The position numbers and the translations under genes are program-made. 58,533 nucleotides of DNA from NCBI GenBank assembly GCA_001778355.1, contig MFGS01000039.1, positions 1 to 58,533 on the forward strand, written 5' to 3'. Under the pieces are notes generated by a model. That model saw nothing but the letters and a program-made list of their open reading frames with translations, was not told the DNA's origin and made no database searches. Position 1 is the stretch's first letter, and each line of letters opens with the position of its first letter. This stretch comes from Candidatus Firestonebacteria bacterium RIFOXYA2_FULL_40_8. Its GTDB lineage: Bacteria > Oederibacteriota > D2-FULL-39-29. Positions 29,842-37,278 of this stretch are shown here, one piece after another.

Positions 29842-30808
29842 AAGCCCTTTGAGAATATCCCTCGGCGGCGGAGGCACCGACTTGCCTTCCTATTATAAAA
29901 AGTTCGGCGGGTTTTTAATTGCCTCTGCTATCGATAAATACATCTATATTACCGTGCATGAAACATTTATTGACGATATGATAATAAAATATTCTAAACT
30001 TGAAAGGGTGCCGGCAATACATAAGATTGAGCATCCGATAATAAGAGAAACTGTAAAAATGCTGGATATTAAAAATATGAATATTGAATTAACCAGCATG
30101 GCTGACATTCCTGCCGGGACGGGGCTGGGGTCTTCGGGGAGCTTTACTACGGCGCTCCTGCAGGCGCTCCATGCATATAAGCGGAACCTGGTACATCCTC
30201 ATGAACTGGCGGAACAGGCGTGTCATATTGAAATAGATCTATTGAAAGAGCCGATAGGAAAACAGGATCAGTACATTGCTGCCTACGGAGGGATTACTTG
30301 TTTTGAATTTCACAAGGATGACAAAGTCAGGGCGTATCCTTTAAAAATAGATAAGGAAACATTATATAATCTGGAGGATAATTTACTTTTGTTTTTCACG
30401 GGGTATTCGAGGTCTGCAAGCGGAATATTAAAAGACCAGCATGAAAAAAGTAATAAAGATGACAAAGAGATGCTGGATAATCTTCATTTTATAAAAGACA
30501 TAGGGCATAAGACAAAAGAAGCTCTTGAAAACGGCAACTTGCATGAGTTTGCAAGGCTTATGGATGTACATTGGCAAAAGAAGCGGGAACGCACCAAAGG
30601 TATGTCGAATGATAAGATAAACGAGTGGTATGAGCTGGCAAAGGATAACGGCGCTTTAGGCGGAAAACTAATCGGGGCAGGCGGCGGCGGATTTTTGATG
30701 TTTTATGCGGAAGATAAGACAAAGCTCCGCCATGTAATGAAGGAAGCGGGCCTTAAGGAAGTAAGGTTTAAATTTGATTTTGAAGGAACCAAGGTTATTG
30801 TTTCATGA
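29828..30808 (+). CDS. hddA: GHMP kinase, D-glycero-alpha-D-manno-heptose 7-phosphate kinase-like
   Basis: N-terminal MIIVRSPLRISLGGGGTDLPSYY is typical of HddA-type kinases. GHMP motif PAGTGLGSSGS. Confidence 0.75.
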   Translation: MIIVRSPLRISLGGGGTDLPSYYKKFGGFLIASAIDKYIYITVHETFIDDMIIKYSKLERVPAIHKIEHPIIRETVKMLDIKNMNIELTSMADIPAGTGLGSSGSFTTALLQALHAYKRNLVHPHELAEQACHIEIDLLKEPIGKQDQYIAAYGGITCFEFHKDDKVRAYPLKIDKETLYNLEDNLLLFFTGYSRSASGILKDQHEKSNKDDKEMLDNLHFIKDIGHKTKEALENGNLHEFARLMDVHWQKKRERTKGMSNDKINEWYELAKDNGALGGKLIGAGGGGFLMFYAEDKTKLRHVMKEAGLKEVRFKFDFEGTKVIVS

Positions 30809-31617
30809 AAGGAATTAGTGTTGTAATAATTGCCGGAGGTCTTGCTACAAGGCTCCGGCCTATCACGGAAAAGATTCCCAAGTCCTTAATAGATATAAAC
30901 GGAAAGCCCTTTCTGGAATACCAGCTAAGATTACTAAAAGAAAAAGGATTTACGGATGTTGTTTTATGTTTGGGGTATTTAGGATCAATGATTGAGAAAG
31001 AGTTTAAAGACGGCAGTAATCTGGGAATGAGTATACAATACAGCTACGACGGTGACAAGCTCTTAGGCACCGGCGGGGCGGTTAGGAAGGCGTTACCGCT
31101 GCTTAGCGATGTTTTTATAGTGATGTATGGGGATTCTTACCTTGATGTTGATTATAATGCAATAGTAGAAGCTTTTAATAATGACAAAGAGAAGCCACTG
31201 GGAATGATGACAGTTTACAGGAATGACAACAAATTTGACAAAAGTAATATAGTATATAAAGACGGCAGAATAATCGCCTATGACAAAAAGAACAAATTAC
31301 CCGGAATGGATTATATAGATTGGGGATTAAGTGTTTTCAGGAAGGAAGCGTTTGAAGAAGTGAATAAAGCAAAAAATGCAAGTAAAGCAAGTACAGAAAC
31401 AAAAGAGAGTAAAGAAAAGTTTGATCTTGAAGAATTGATGAAAATATTGATTGCAAAGAAAAAAATGGCGGGATATGAAGTAAGAGACAGGTTTTATGAG
31501 ATAGGTTCAGTTGAGGGCTTGGAAGAGTTAAGAAAGAAGCTGGCGAACGAAGTGAGTAAAGTGAATAAAGTGGGAACAGCAAAAGAAGTAACTGAAGCAA
31601 AAACAGAGAAATATTGA
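30805..31617 (+). CDS. hddC: Sugar-1-phosphate nucleotidyltransferase, heptose-1-phosphate guanylyltransferase-like
   Basis: VIIAGGLATRLRPITEKIPKSL, GKPFLEY, LGTGGA. It carries an internal low-complexity insert (about 31355-31419) and a K/E/T/V tail (31545-31614), both encoded by purine-rich tract sequence. ATGA overlap upstream. Confidence 0.75.
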   Translation: MKGISVVIIAGGLATRLRPITEKIPKSLIDINGKPFLEYQLRLLKEKGFTDVVLCLGYLGSMIEKEFKDGSNLGMSIQYSYDGDKLLGTGGAVRKALPLLSDVFIVMYGDSYLDVDYNAIVEAFNNDKEKPLGMMTVYRNDNKFDKSNIVYKDGRIIAYDKKNKLPGMDYIDWGLSVFRKEAFEEVNKAKNASKASTETKESKEKFDLEELMKILIAKKKMAGYEVRDRFYEIGSVEGLEELRKKLANEVSKVNKVGTAKEVTEAKTEKY

Positions 31618-31675
31618 AGTTGCAACTTCTAAAATTCCCAAGAAAGATTACTCTTTTCTGAAGCCTATTTGCTTT
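31411..31675 (+). repeat. Left copy of a long imperfect direct repeat (hddC 3-prime end plus 3-prime UTR)
   Basis: 31411-31480 matches 36443-36511, with 2 substitutions and one 1-nt indel. 31563-31675 matches 36622-36734, with 5 mismatches in 113 nt. Order and orientation are the same in both copies. Confidence 0.9.
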
Positions 31676-31708
31676 ACTTTTTTAACTTTTTTTGGGGAGT
31701 CTTACTAA
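31647..31708 (+). repeat. Left copy of a 62-nt direct repeat flanking the second ATPase module
   Basis: Matches 33468-33529: the last 42 nt are identical and the first 20 nt have 4 mismatches. Confidence 0.9.
31674..31708 (-). pseudogene. Orphan 3-prime fragment of a DUF1016 nuclease gene (last 8 codons TPQKKLKK plus stop)
   Basis: Identical to the true 3-prime end of the DUF1016 gene at 33495-33529. Upstream of it the reading frame has no similarity to that gene. Confidence 0.7.
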
Positions 31709-32145
31709 TGAAGAAAGAGGGACAGCCACACTTGTAGGTTGAATTCCTCCCCTCGATGAGACCTTTAAAACGTTTATGATCGCCGTAATTGTCGGCTTTT
31801 AACCTTTCCAATCGGACAAAGATTCTACTCACCCCTTGAGCAACCGAAAGGTTGATCATACCGAATGAGAATGGCGGGAGCCCTCTAAAAATTACTGTTA
31901 TAGGTTTTTCATTAATAGGTTTGTGCTTTCCCCTAGAGAGCATAAGCCGAAGAGCTTGTAACATTAAAAGGCAAGCTACTGTGAAGTCCAGGGCGAGAGG
32001 TTGCGCCTGCGTAAATGGCTTCTCCGTAGCCGGCCGGCGAATATTAGATTGTGCCCTCCATTTATTTGATAAACCTCGAGACTGGTATCAAGTAAAATAC
32101 AGCCAAAATAAGCGATTTTAACGAAAAATACTATATGCTATTACA
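31709..32145. ncRNA. ORF-poor, visibly GC-richer segment; candidate structured RNA or decayed element end (class and strand unknown)
   Basis: No credible ORF. Hairpins include CAACC-GAAA-GGTTG (31841-31854) and GAGAGG-N18-CTTCTC (31995-32024). 31984-32005 resembles 33350-33371. Confidence 0.3.
31724..31752 (+). repeat. Boundary motif AGCCACACTTGTAGGTTGAATTCCTCCCC, copy 1
   Basis: 27 of 29 nt identical to 33393-33421. A 14-nt core CCTTATAGGTTGAA recurs at 39210-39228. All three copies are in direct orientation. Confidence 0.8.
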
Positions 32146-32174
32146 TTGACATATAGTACTTTTTGTGATATATT
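32146..32174 (+). promoter_or_regulatory. Sigma-70-type promoter TTGACA-17 nt-TATATT for the second DUF4143 ATPase gene
   Basis: TTGACA at 32146-32151 and TATATT at 32169-32174. The ATG at 32184 is only 9 nt after the -10 box and has no RBS, suggesting a leaderless or near-leaderless mRNA. Confidence 0.6.
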
Positions 32175-32183
32175 TCTTTTGTT

Positions 32184-33335
32184 ATGATAAAAAGAACATT
32201 TTGGCAAAATAATATTGAAGCGGCTTGGAAAAGACACTCAGTAATCTGGCTTTCCGGTATAAGAAGAGCCGGCAAGACATTTCTTTGCAGAAATATTGAA
32301 GGTGCCGATTATTATGATTGCGAACTTCCAAGTATTAGAGAAAAGCTTAAAGATCCTGAGAAATTTCTTAATAATAATAAAAATAGAATACTGGTTTTTG
32401 ATGAAATCCATAGATTGGGTAATCCTTCCGAACTGCTTAAAATAGCCGCAGATTATCACCAAAATATAAAAGTTATTGCTACTGGCTCATCAACACTTGG
32501 CGCATCGTCAAAGTTTAGGGATACTCTTACGGGGAGAAAGAGTAATATCTGGATGACACCAATGATTTATACCGATATTTCAGAATTTTCAAATGTTAAT
32601 ATCAAACATCGAATGTTAAAAGGAGGGCTTCCTCCATTTTTTATGGCAAAAACTGATAATGAAAAAGACTATCAGGACTGGATAGATTCATACTGGGCAA
32701 AAGATGTACAGGAATTATTTAGATTAGAAAGCAAGAGTTCATTTCAAAAGTTTTTAGAGCTTCTTATTTATAATAGCGGTGGAATGTTTGAAGCAAACAC
32801 ATATGCTGTTCCTTGCGAAGTAAGTAGAGGTACCATCTCAAATTATTTAAAAATACTTGAGGAAACATATGTTGTTACTGTTGTTAAACCTTTTAATTCA
32901 CATAAACCTACGGAGATTGTGTCTGCTCCAAAAGTATATGTTTTTGACACCGGTTTTGTATCTCACTTTAAGGGATGGCATGATTTAAAAAATAAAGATT
33001 GCGGAATACTCTGGGAACATCTAATTTTAAATGAAATATTAGCAATTAGTCAAAGAAATATGGCATATTATTGGAGGACTAAAAAAGACTGCGAGGTTGA
33101 TTTTATTATTCCATTAAAAAACAAAAGCCAAGTAGCAATTGAATGTAAATGGAGCTTCAAGTCATTTGATGCGCAAAACGTTGTTATTTTTCGTAAAAAC
33201 TATCCTACGGGAGACAATATTGTTGTAGCACATGATGTAGAGGATGAATTCTTTAAAGATATAAACGGAGTAAAAATTAGATTTCTGAATTTAAAAAACT
33301 TTGAAAAATATTTAGTTTCATTGTTTCCTGCATAA
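32184..33335 (+). CDS. AAA+ ATPase with C-terminal DUF4143 domain (second copy, diverged)
   Basis: Walker A GIRRAGKTF, Walker B ILVFDEIH, and C-terminal CEVDFII. Same architecture as the gene at 4983-6254. Confidence 0.8.
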   Translation: MIKRTFWQNNIEAAWKRHSVIWLSGIRRAGKTFLCRNIEGADYYDCELPSIREKLKDPEKFLNNNKNRILVFDEIHRLGNPSELLKIAADYHQNIKVIATGSSTLGASSKFRDTLTGRKSNIWMTPMIYTDISEFSNVNIKHRMLKGGLPPFFMAKTDNEKDYQDWIDSYWAKDVQELFRLESKSSFQKFLELLIYNSGGMFEANTYAVPCEVSRGTISNYLKILEETYVVTVVKPFNSHKPTEIVSAPKVYVFDTGFVSHFKGWHDLKNKDCGILWEHLILNEILAISQRNMAYYWRTKKDCEVDFIIPLKNKSQVAIECKWSFKSFDAQNVVIFRKNYPTGDNIVVAHDVEDEFFKDINGVKIRFLNLKNFEKYLVSLFPA

Positions 33336-33392
33336 ATTATTATTTTGAGAGTAGCCAAGGCGAGAGATTGCATTAGCATCTTGAGTCTACCC

Positions 33393-33421
33393 AGCCACCC
33401 TTATAGGTTGAATTCCTCCCC
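33393..33421 (+). repeat. Boundary motif AGCCACCCTTATAGGTTGAATTCCTCCCC, copy 2
   Basis: See 31724-31752. Confidence 0.8.
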
Positions 33422-33467
33422 GGAAAAAGGTAAGAATAAATGAGGGACATTAATGTTTTTGAAAAAT

Positions 33468-33529
33468 ACTACTCTTTCCTGAAACCGATTTGCTTTACTT
33501 TTTTAACTTTTTTTGGGGAGTCTTACTAA
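33468..33529 (+). repeat. Right copy of the 62-nt direct repeat (covers the true DUF1016 gene 3-prime end)
   Basis: See 31647-31708. Confidence 0.9.
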
Positions 33530-34550
33530 GTCCAACTTCCAATTCTTTAATTGTAGGAAAGCTTGATTTAAGTTTCTTTGGTAATGAATGGGACAATATA
33601 TATTGAGAAATGCCGATTGGTTTACGAATATCACTCAAAGCATATTCGGCGACCATTTTATCTCTATTTTTACAAAGCAAGAGTCCTATGGTTGGCAGAT
33701 CTCCTTCGCTGCGTAACCGGTTATCAACTGCCTTGAGGTAAAAATTCAGTTTTCCTGCATGTTCCGGTTCGAAATCTCCGGTCTTTAGTTCAAGCACCAC
33801 ATAACAATGAAGACGAGTATGGTAGAACAAAAGATCGATAAAAAACTCGCGTTCCCCTACTTGAACAGGCACCTGTCTGCCAAGAAATGCGAACCCTGTG
33901 CCCAGTTCCAGCAAAAACTTCATTACATGATTTACCAAGGCATTTTCAAGTTCGTTTTCGTCATGTTCTTTTGACATGTTCAGAAAATCGAAGATGAATG
34001 GATCTTTAAGCGCTTGTTCGGCGAGGTCTGAGTTTGACTTTGGCAAGACAGACGCAAAATTATTAATGGACCTGCCTTTACGTTTATATAGGCCATTTTC
34101 TATCTGATGGACAAGAACATTACGGCTCCAGCTATTTGAAAGAGTGTTCTGTATATAAAATAGGGCTTCGTTTATGTTTTTACATTTGGACATAATGGCG
34201 ATATTATGCCCCCATGGTATTTGGGTTAATTGGGCAACAACTTGTTGCCCAATTGGACTATTTTTTGTATAAAACAGATACCATTGACGGATATACTTAA
34301 GATTTCGTAATGAAAAGCCTTGCATGGCGGGGAATTCCGAAGCAAGGTCTTTACTTAAATGGATTAATAATCCTTCTCCCCATTTTGTTTCTTTTTGTTT
34401 AAGTACAATATCTTTTCCCATACTCCAATACAACTCGAGTAATTCAGTGTTGACCTTCAGAGTTGCTTTAATCTGAGCATTACGCACTCTTATCTTAATA
34501 TCAGAGAGCCATGCCTTATAGACTTTATCAAAATGAATTTCAGATTTCAT
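33495..34550 (-). CDS. DUF1016 / YhcG-family PD-(D/E)XK nuclease domain protein
   Basis: The N-terminal helical region begins MKSEIHFDKVYKAWL. The C-terminal nuclease core is FIDLLFYHTRLHCYVVLELKTGDFEPEHAGKLNFY. ATG 34550 is preceded by GGGAGA. The 68 Leu-rich residues upstream in the track are the complement of a purine-rich tract. Confidence 0.85.
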   Translation of the reverse strand: MKSEIHFDKVYKAWLSDIKIRVRNAQIKATLKVNTELLELYWSMGKDIVLKQKETKWGEGLLIHLSKDLASEFPAMQGFSLRNLKYIRQWYLFYTKNSPIGQQVVAQLTQIPWGHNIAIMSKCKNINEALFYIQNTLSNSWSRNVLVHQIENGLYKRKGRSINNFASVLPKSNSDLAEQALKDPFIFDFLNMSKEHDENELENALVNHVMKFLLELGTGFAFLGRQVPVQVGEREFFIDLLFYHTRLHCYVVLELKTGDFEPEHAGKLNFYLKAVDNRLRSEGDLPTIGLLLCKNRDKMVAEYALSDIRKPIGISQYILSHSLPKKLKSSFPTIKELEVGLSKTPQKKLKK

Positions 34551-34553
34551 ATA

Positions 34554-34630
34554 TTTCTCCCTTGAGAAAATAGATAATAGTATTTTACAGAAAAACAGAA
34601 GAAAAAGCAAATAAAGAAAGAGAAGCAGGG
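34554..34630 (-). promoter_or_regulatory. Conserved 5-prime flank (RBS plus promoter region) shared with the ORF6N gene, copy 1
   Basis: About 70 of 78 positions are identical to 37279-37356. It begins immediately upstream of the start codon on the minus strand. Confidence 0.7.
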
Positions 34631-34776
34631 GAAGCAAGAACAGGAATAACAGTGAGTAAAGTGAAGAAAGTGGAAACAGGGACGACAGTAAGAGAAGCAG
34701 GAGAAGTAAAGGAAGCAAGTACAGTAAGTGAAGCAAAAGAAGTAAGAACAGCAAAAACAGAGAAATATTTAAATTC

Positions 34777-34806
34777 TTGCCGTTACTCTCTTTAATCTGC
34801 TATAAT
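34777..34806 (+). promoter_or_regulatory. Promoter TTGCCG-18 nt-TATAAT for the AlbA_2 gene
   Basis: TTGCCG at 34777-34782 and TATAAT at 34801-34806. The resulting leader of about 140 nt contains the hairpin repeat at 34857-34877. Confidence 0.5.
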
Positions 34807-34951
34807 TAGTCCAAGGTCACCTAAGGGGTGAGATAAAGGCAAATTCGAAGCACTAACCCTCCAAAAAGATTGGCGGGTGACTAATATTTATATACTAAGG
34901 TCAGTCAAATTCGAAACTTATTGTATTAATAAAGCTCAAGGGGGAAAGGGT

Positions 34952-36292
34952 ATGTTTTTGAAAGAATCCGAAGTATTAGAGTTGAAAAAATCAACGTCTG
35001 AAATTAAAGAGGCAATAGTTTCTATCTCTTCTATCCTGAATAAACATCAGAGGGGCGAGTTATATTTTGGCGTTAAGAATGACGGGGAGATTGTAGGTCA
35101 GACAATCGGAGCGTCTACTCTGCGGGATATTTCTCAGGCAATATCGAATCATATCGAACCAAAGATATATCCTTCAATAGATGCGGTTAATATCAGAGGT
35201 AAAACCTGCATTAAGATTGAGTTTCAAGGCGAAGATATTCCCTACCATGCTTATGGCCGGGTTTATATTAGAGTCGCAGATGAAGATAGGCAGTTAAGCC
35301 CTAATGAAATAAGAAAAGTTATTTTAAAAAAGAATAAGGATAAATATATATGGGAATCGGAATATTCAGGTTTCGATATTAAAAAGGTAAGCGAAAAGGC
35401 AGTAAAAAGCTTTATCAAAAAAGCGAAAATATTTAAAAGAATAGATTTTGGTTTCAGTGGTGTAAAAACAGTTCTAAATAAATTAGGATTGATGCGCAAT
35501 CAGAAGCTGTTAAAGCCGGCAGAGCTGCTGTTTTGTAATAATGATACATTTGAAGTACAGGCTGCGGTCTTTGCCGGTACTGATAAAATAACATTTTTGG
35601 ATATAGATAAATTTACTGGAAATTTGTTTGATATTTTGGAGAAATCCGAAGCTTATATAAGAGAGCACATTAATTGGGGCGTAAAATTCGGGAGATTGGA
35701 GAGGGAGGAAGTTCCGGAAATACCTATTAAAGCGATAAGAGAAGCTCTGGTAAATTCGTTGTGTCATAGAGATTATTCAGTTCCCAAGGGCAATGAAATT
35801 GCGATTTTTAAGAACAGGGTTGAAATATACAATCCTGGTGAATTTCCGGAAGAGTTATCGCCGGAAGATTTTATAAAAGGTAAAGAAAGATCTGTTTTAC
35901 GAAATCCGCTTATTGCCGAAGTATTTTATAAAGCAAAAGAAATAGAAAAGTGGGGTTCCGGGCTAAAACGAATTAATGATGAATGCAAGGCGGTTAAAAT
36001 AAAAGTTGAATTTAAAGTTCTTAAAACAGGATTTATGGTTGTCTTCTATAGGCGGGAAAAAGCCGAAGCACCAGTTCCTAATAAAACACACAGAAAACAC
36101 ACAGAAAACACACAGAAAATAATAGAGGCTATAATTAAAAATCCGGCAATATCAAGAAAGCAGCTTTCAAGAGATACTAAAATGAGTGTCAGCAGTGTTA
36201 TTCATCAGCTGAGAACATTGCAGAAAGACAAATATATAAAACGTGTTGGCCCGGACAAAGGCGGCTATTGGGAAGTAATAGAAAACAGCTAA
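34952..36292 (+). CDS. AlbA_2 (Schlafen-type) domain + HATPase_c_4 + winged-HTH protein (the RecG-like putative transcriptional regulator architecture)
   Basis: N-terminal ESEVLELKKS...ELYFGVKNDGEIVG (AlbA_2). Central IREALVNSLCHRDY...EKWGSGLKRI (HATPase_c_4). C-terminal HTH ISRKQLSRDTKMSVSSVIHQLRTL. ATG 34952 follows a G-rich RBS. Confidence 0.8.
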   Translation: MFLKESEVLELKKSTSEIKEAIVSISSILNKHQRGELYFGVKNDGEIVGQTIGASTLRDISQAISNHIEPKIYPSIDAVNIRGKTCIKIEFQGEDIPYHAYGRVYIRVADEDRQLSPNEIRKVILKKNKDKYIWESEYSGFDIKKVSEKAVKSFIKKAKIFKRIDFGFSGVKTVLNKLGLMRNQKLLKPAELLFCNNDTFEVQAAVFAGTDKITFLDIDKFTGNLFDILEKSEAYIREHINWGVKFGRLEREEVPEIPIKAIREALVNSLCHRDYSVPKGNEIAIFKNRVEIYNPGEFPEELSPEDFIKGKERSVLRNPLIAEVFYKAKEIEKWGSGLKRINDECKAVKIKVEFKVLKTGFMVVFYRREKAEAPVPNKTHRKHTENTQKIIEAIIKNPAISRKQLSRDTKMSVSSVIHQLRTLQKDKYIKRVGPDKGGYWEVIENS

Positions 36293-36442
36293 GGGAAGAA
36301 GAGAAAGCAGTAACAGTAAAAAAAAGCAAAAACAGTAGAAGAATTAAGAGAAGTAAGAACAGAAAGAAAAGACCCTGGATCTCCACCACAAAGCGTTGGT
36401 GGATCAAAGACCCGCTATTAAAAACTACAGGATGACAAAGGG

Positions 36443-36511
36443 AAAGAAAAGTTTGACCTGGAAGAATTGATGAAAATATTGATTGCAAAGAAAAAATGGC
36501 GGGATATGAAG
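36443..36511 (+). pseudogene. Displaced, frameshifted copy of a 70-nt internal segment near the hddC 3-prime end
   Basis: Matches 31411-31480 except for 2 substitutions and loss of one A in the A-run. It is not part of any ORF. Confidence 0.8.
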
Positions 36512-36734
36512 AAAGGGAAGCAGGGGAAGCAAACAAAGCAAGTACAGTAAGTGAAGTGAAGGAAGTTGAGGAAAGTCTAAATATCAGACAGGTATACTTT
36601 CCGAAATCCACCTAGGCGGATGAATAAAGTGGGAACAGCAAAAGAAGTAACTGAAGCAAAAACAGAGAAATATTGAAGTTGCAACTTCTAATATTCCTAT
36701 GAAAGATTACTCTTTTCTGAAACCGATTTGCTTT
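36443..36734 (+). repeat. Right copy of the long imperfect direct repeat
   Basis: See 31411-31675. The central part (36512-36621) is replaced by purine-rich tract sequence and a TCCACCTAGGCGGA hairpin. Confidence 0.9.
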
Positions 36735-37274
36735 TTGGGTTTGGTTGGTTGATTTATCATCCTTCGAATCTGGCCAATTATATCTTTTATTACCTCGCTC
36801 CTCCAAAAAGATTGGCGGACAGGCGTGGGTTTCTATTTTGTTGTCATGTAATTCCATTTTGCTTTCAATTTTTGCAAGTTTTTCAAGTATTTCCTTGTGG
36901 GTTAATAAATACCTTCTAAATGAAACAAAAACACGCATTATTTCTATGTTAATTGTGATGGCTCTATCGCTGTTTAAAACACCCGATAGCATTGCGATAC
37001 CTTGCTCTGTAAAGGCATAAGGATTGTAGCCGCCTAGATATTTCCTGGATGGTATCGCAAATTGCGATACCATGGTCGCGACTTCTTCATCTGTTAATTG
37101 AAACATGAAATCTGCAGGGAAGCGCTTTATGTTTCTTTTAACTGCCTCGTTTAAAATTCTGGTCTCAACCGCATACAATTCCGCAAGATCCGAGCTTAAC
37201 ATTACGTATTCGTTCCTTATAAGGTGTATTTTGCTTTCTATTGCTTTTAAAACTATCGGATGTTTTTCAATCAT
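36612..37274 (-). CDS. ORF6N (KilA-N-like) DNA-binding domain protein; C-terminal about 60 aa read through repeat sequences
   Basis: LSSDLAELYAVETRILNEAVKRNIKRFPADFMFQLT...NPYAFTEQGIAMLSGVLNSDRAI is a textbook ORF6N pattern. After HDNKIE the frame runs through a CCGCCAA hairpin repeat (36800-36818) and the 113-nt repeat, so the native C-terminus is probably disrupted. Confidence 0.75.
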   Translation of the reverse strand: MIEKHPIVLKAIESKIHLIRNEYVMLSSDLAELYAVETRILNEAVKRNIKRFPADFMFQLTDEEVATMVSQFAIPSRKYLGGYNPYAFTEQGIAMLSGVLNSDRAITINIEIMRVFVSFRRYLLTHKEILEKLAKIESKMELHDNKIETHACPPIFLEERGNKRYNWPDSKDDKSTNQTQKANRFQKRVIFHRNIRSCNFNISLFLLQLLLLLFPLYSSA

Positions 37275-37278
37275 TTTG

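Noticed and set aside
31750-31765. Hammerhead-ribozyme-like CGATGAG box
   Set aside because: It does not match the CUGANGA core (second base wrong). No GAAA/stem II-III arrangement could be built around it.
31674-32121. ORFs 31674..31964 (-) and 31852..32121 (+) in the ORF-poor segment
   Set aside because: They overlap each other and have no recognisable motifs, RBS or family similarity. The minus ORF owes its end to the duplicated nuclease 3-prime fragment. They are treated as non-coding sequence or pseudogene debris.
33346-33425. Possible tRNA or tRNA pseudogene (GGTTGAATTCC resembles a T-loop; TAGCCAAGG resembles a D-loop)
   Set aside because: No 7-bp acceptor stem, no 7-nt anticodon loop, and the T-stem pairs only 4 of 5 positions. 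A cloverleaf cannot be folded.
34551-34754. 68-residue Leu-rich N-terminal extension of the DUF1016 ORF in the six-frame track
   Set aside because: It is the reverse complement of a purine-rich tract (poly-CTT/CTG-like codons). A proper ATG with a GGGAGA RBS lies at 34550, and homologous YhcG-type proteins start near MKSEIHFDK.
36198-36611. 137-aa minus-strand ORF between the AlbA_2 and ORF6N genes
   Set aside because: It is again the complement of purine-rich tracts and the hddC pseudo-fragment. It has low-complexity L/F/S composition, no RBS, and overlaps the 3-prime end of a well-supported + strand gene.
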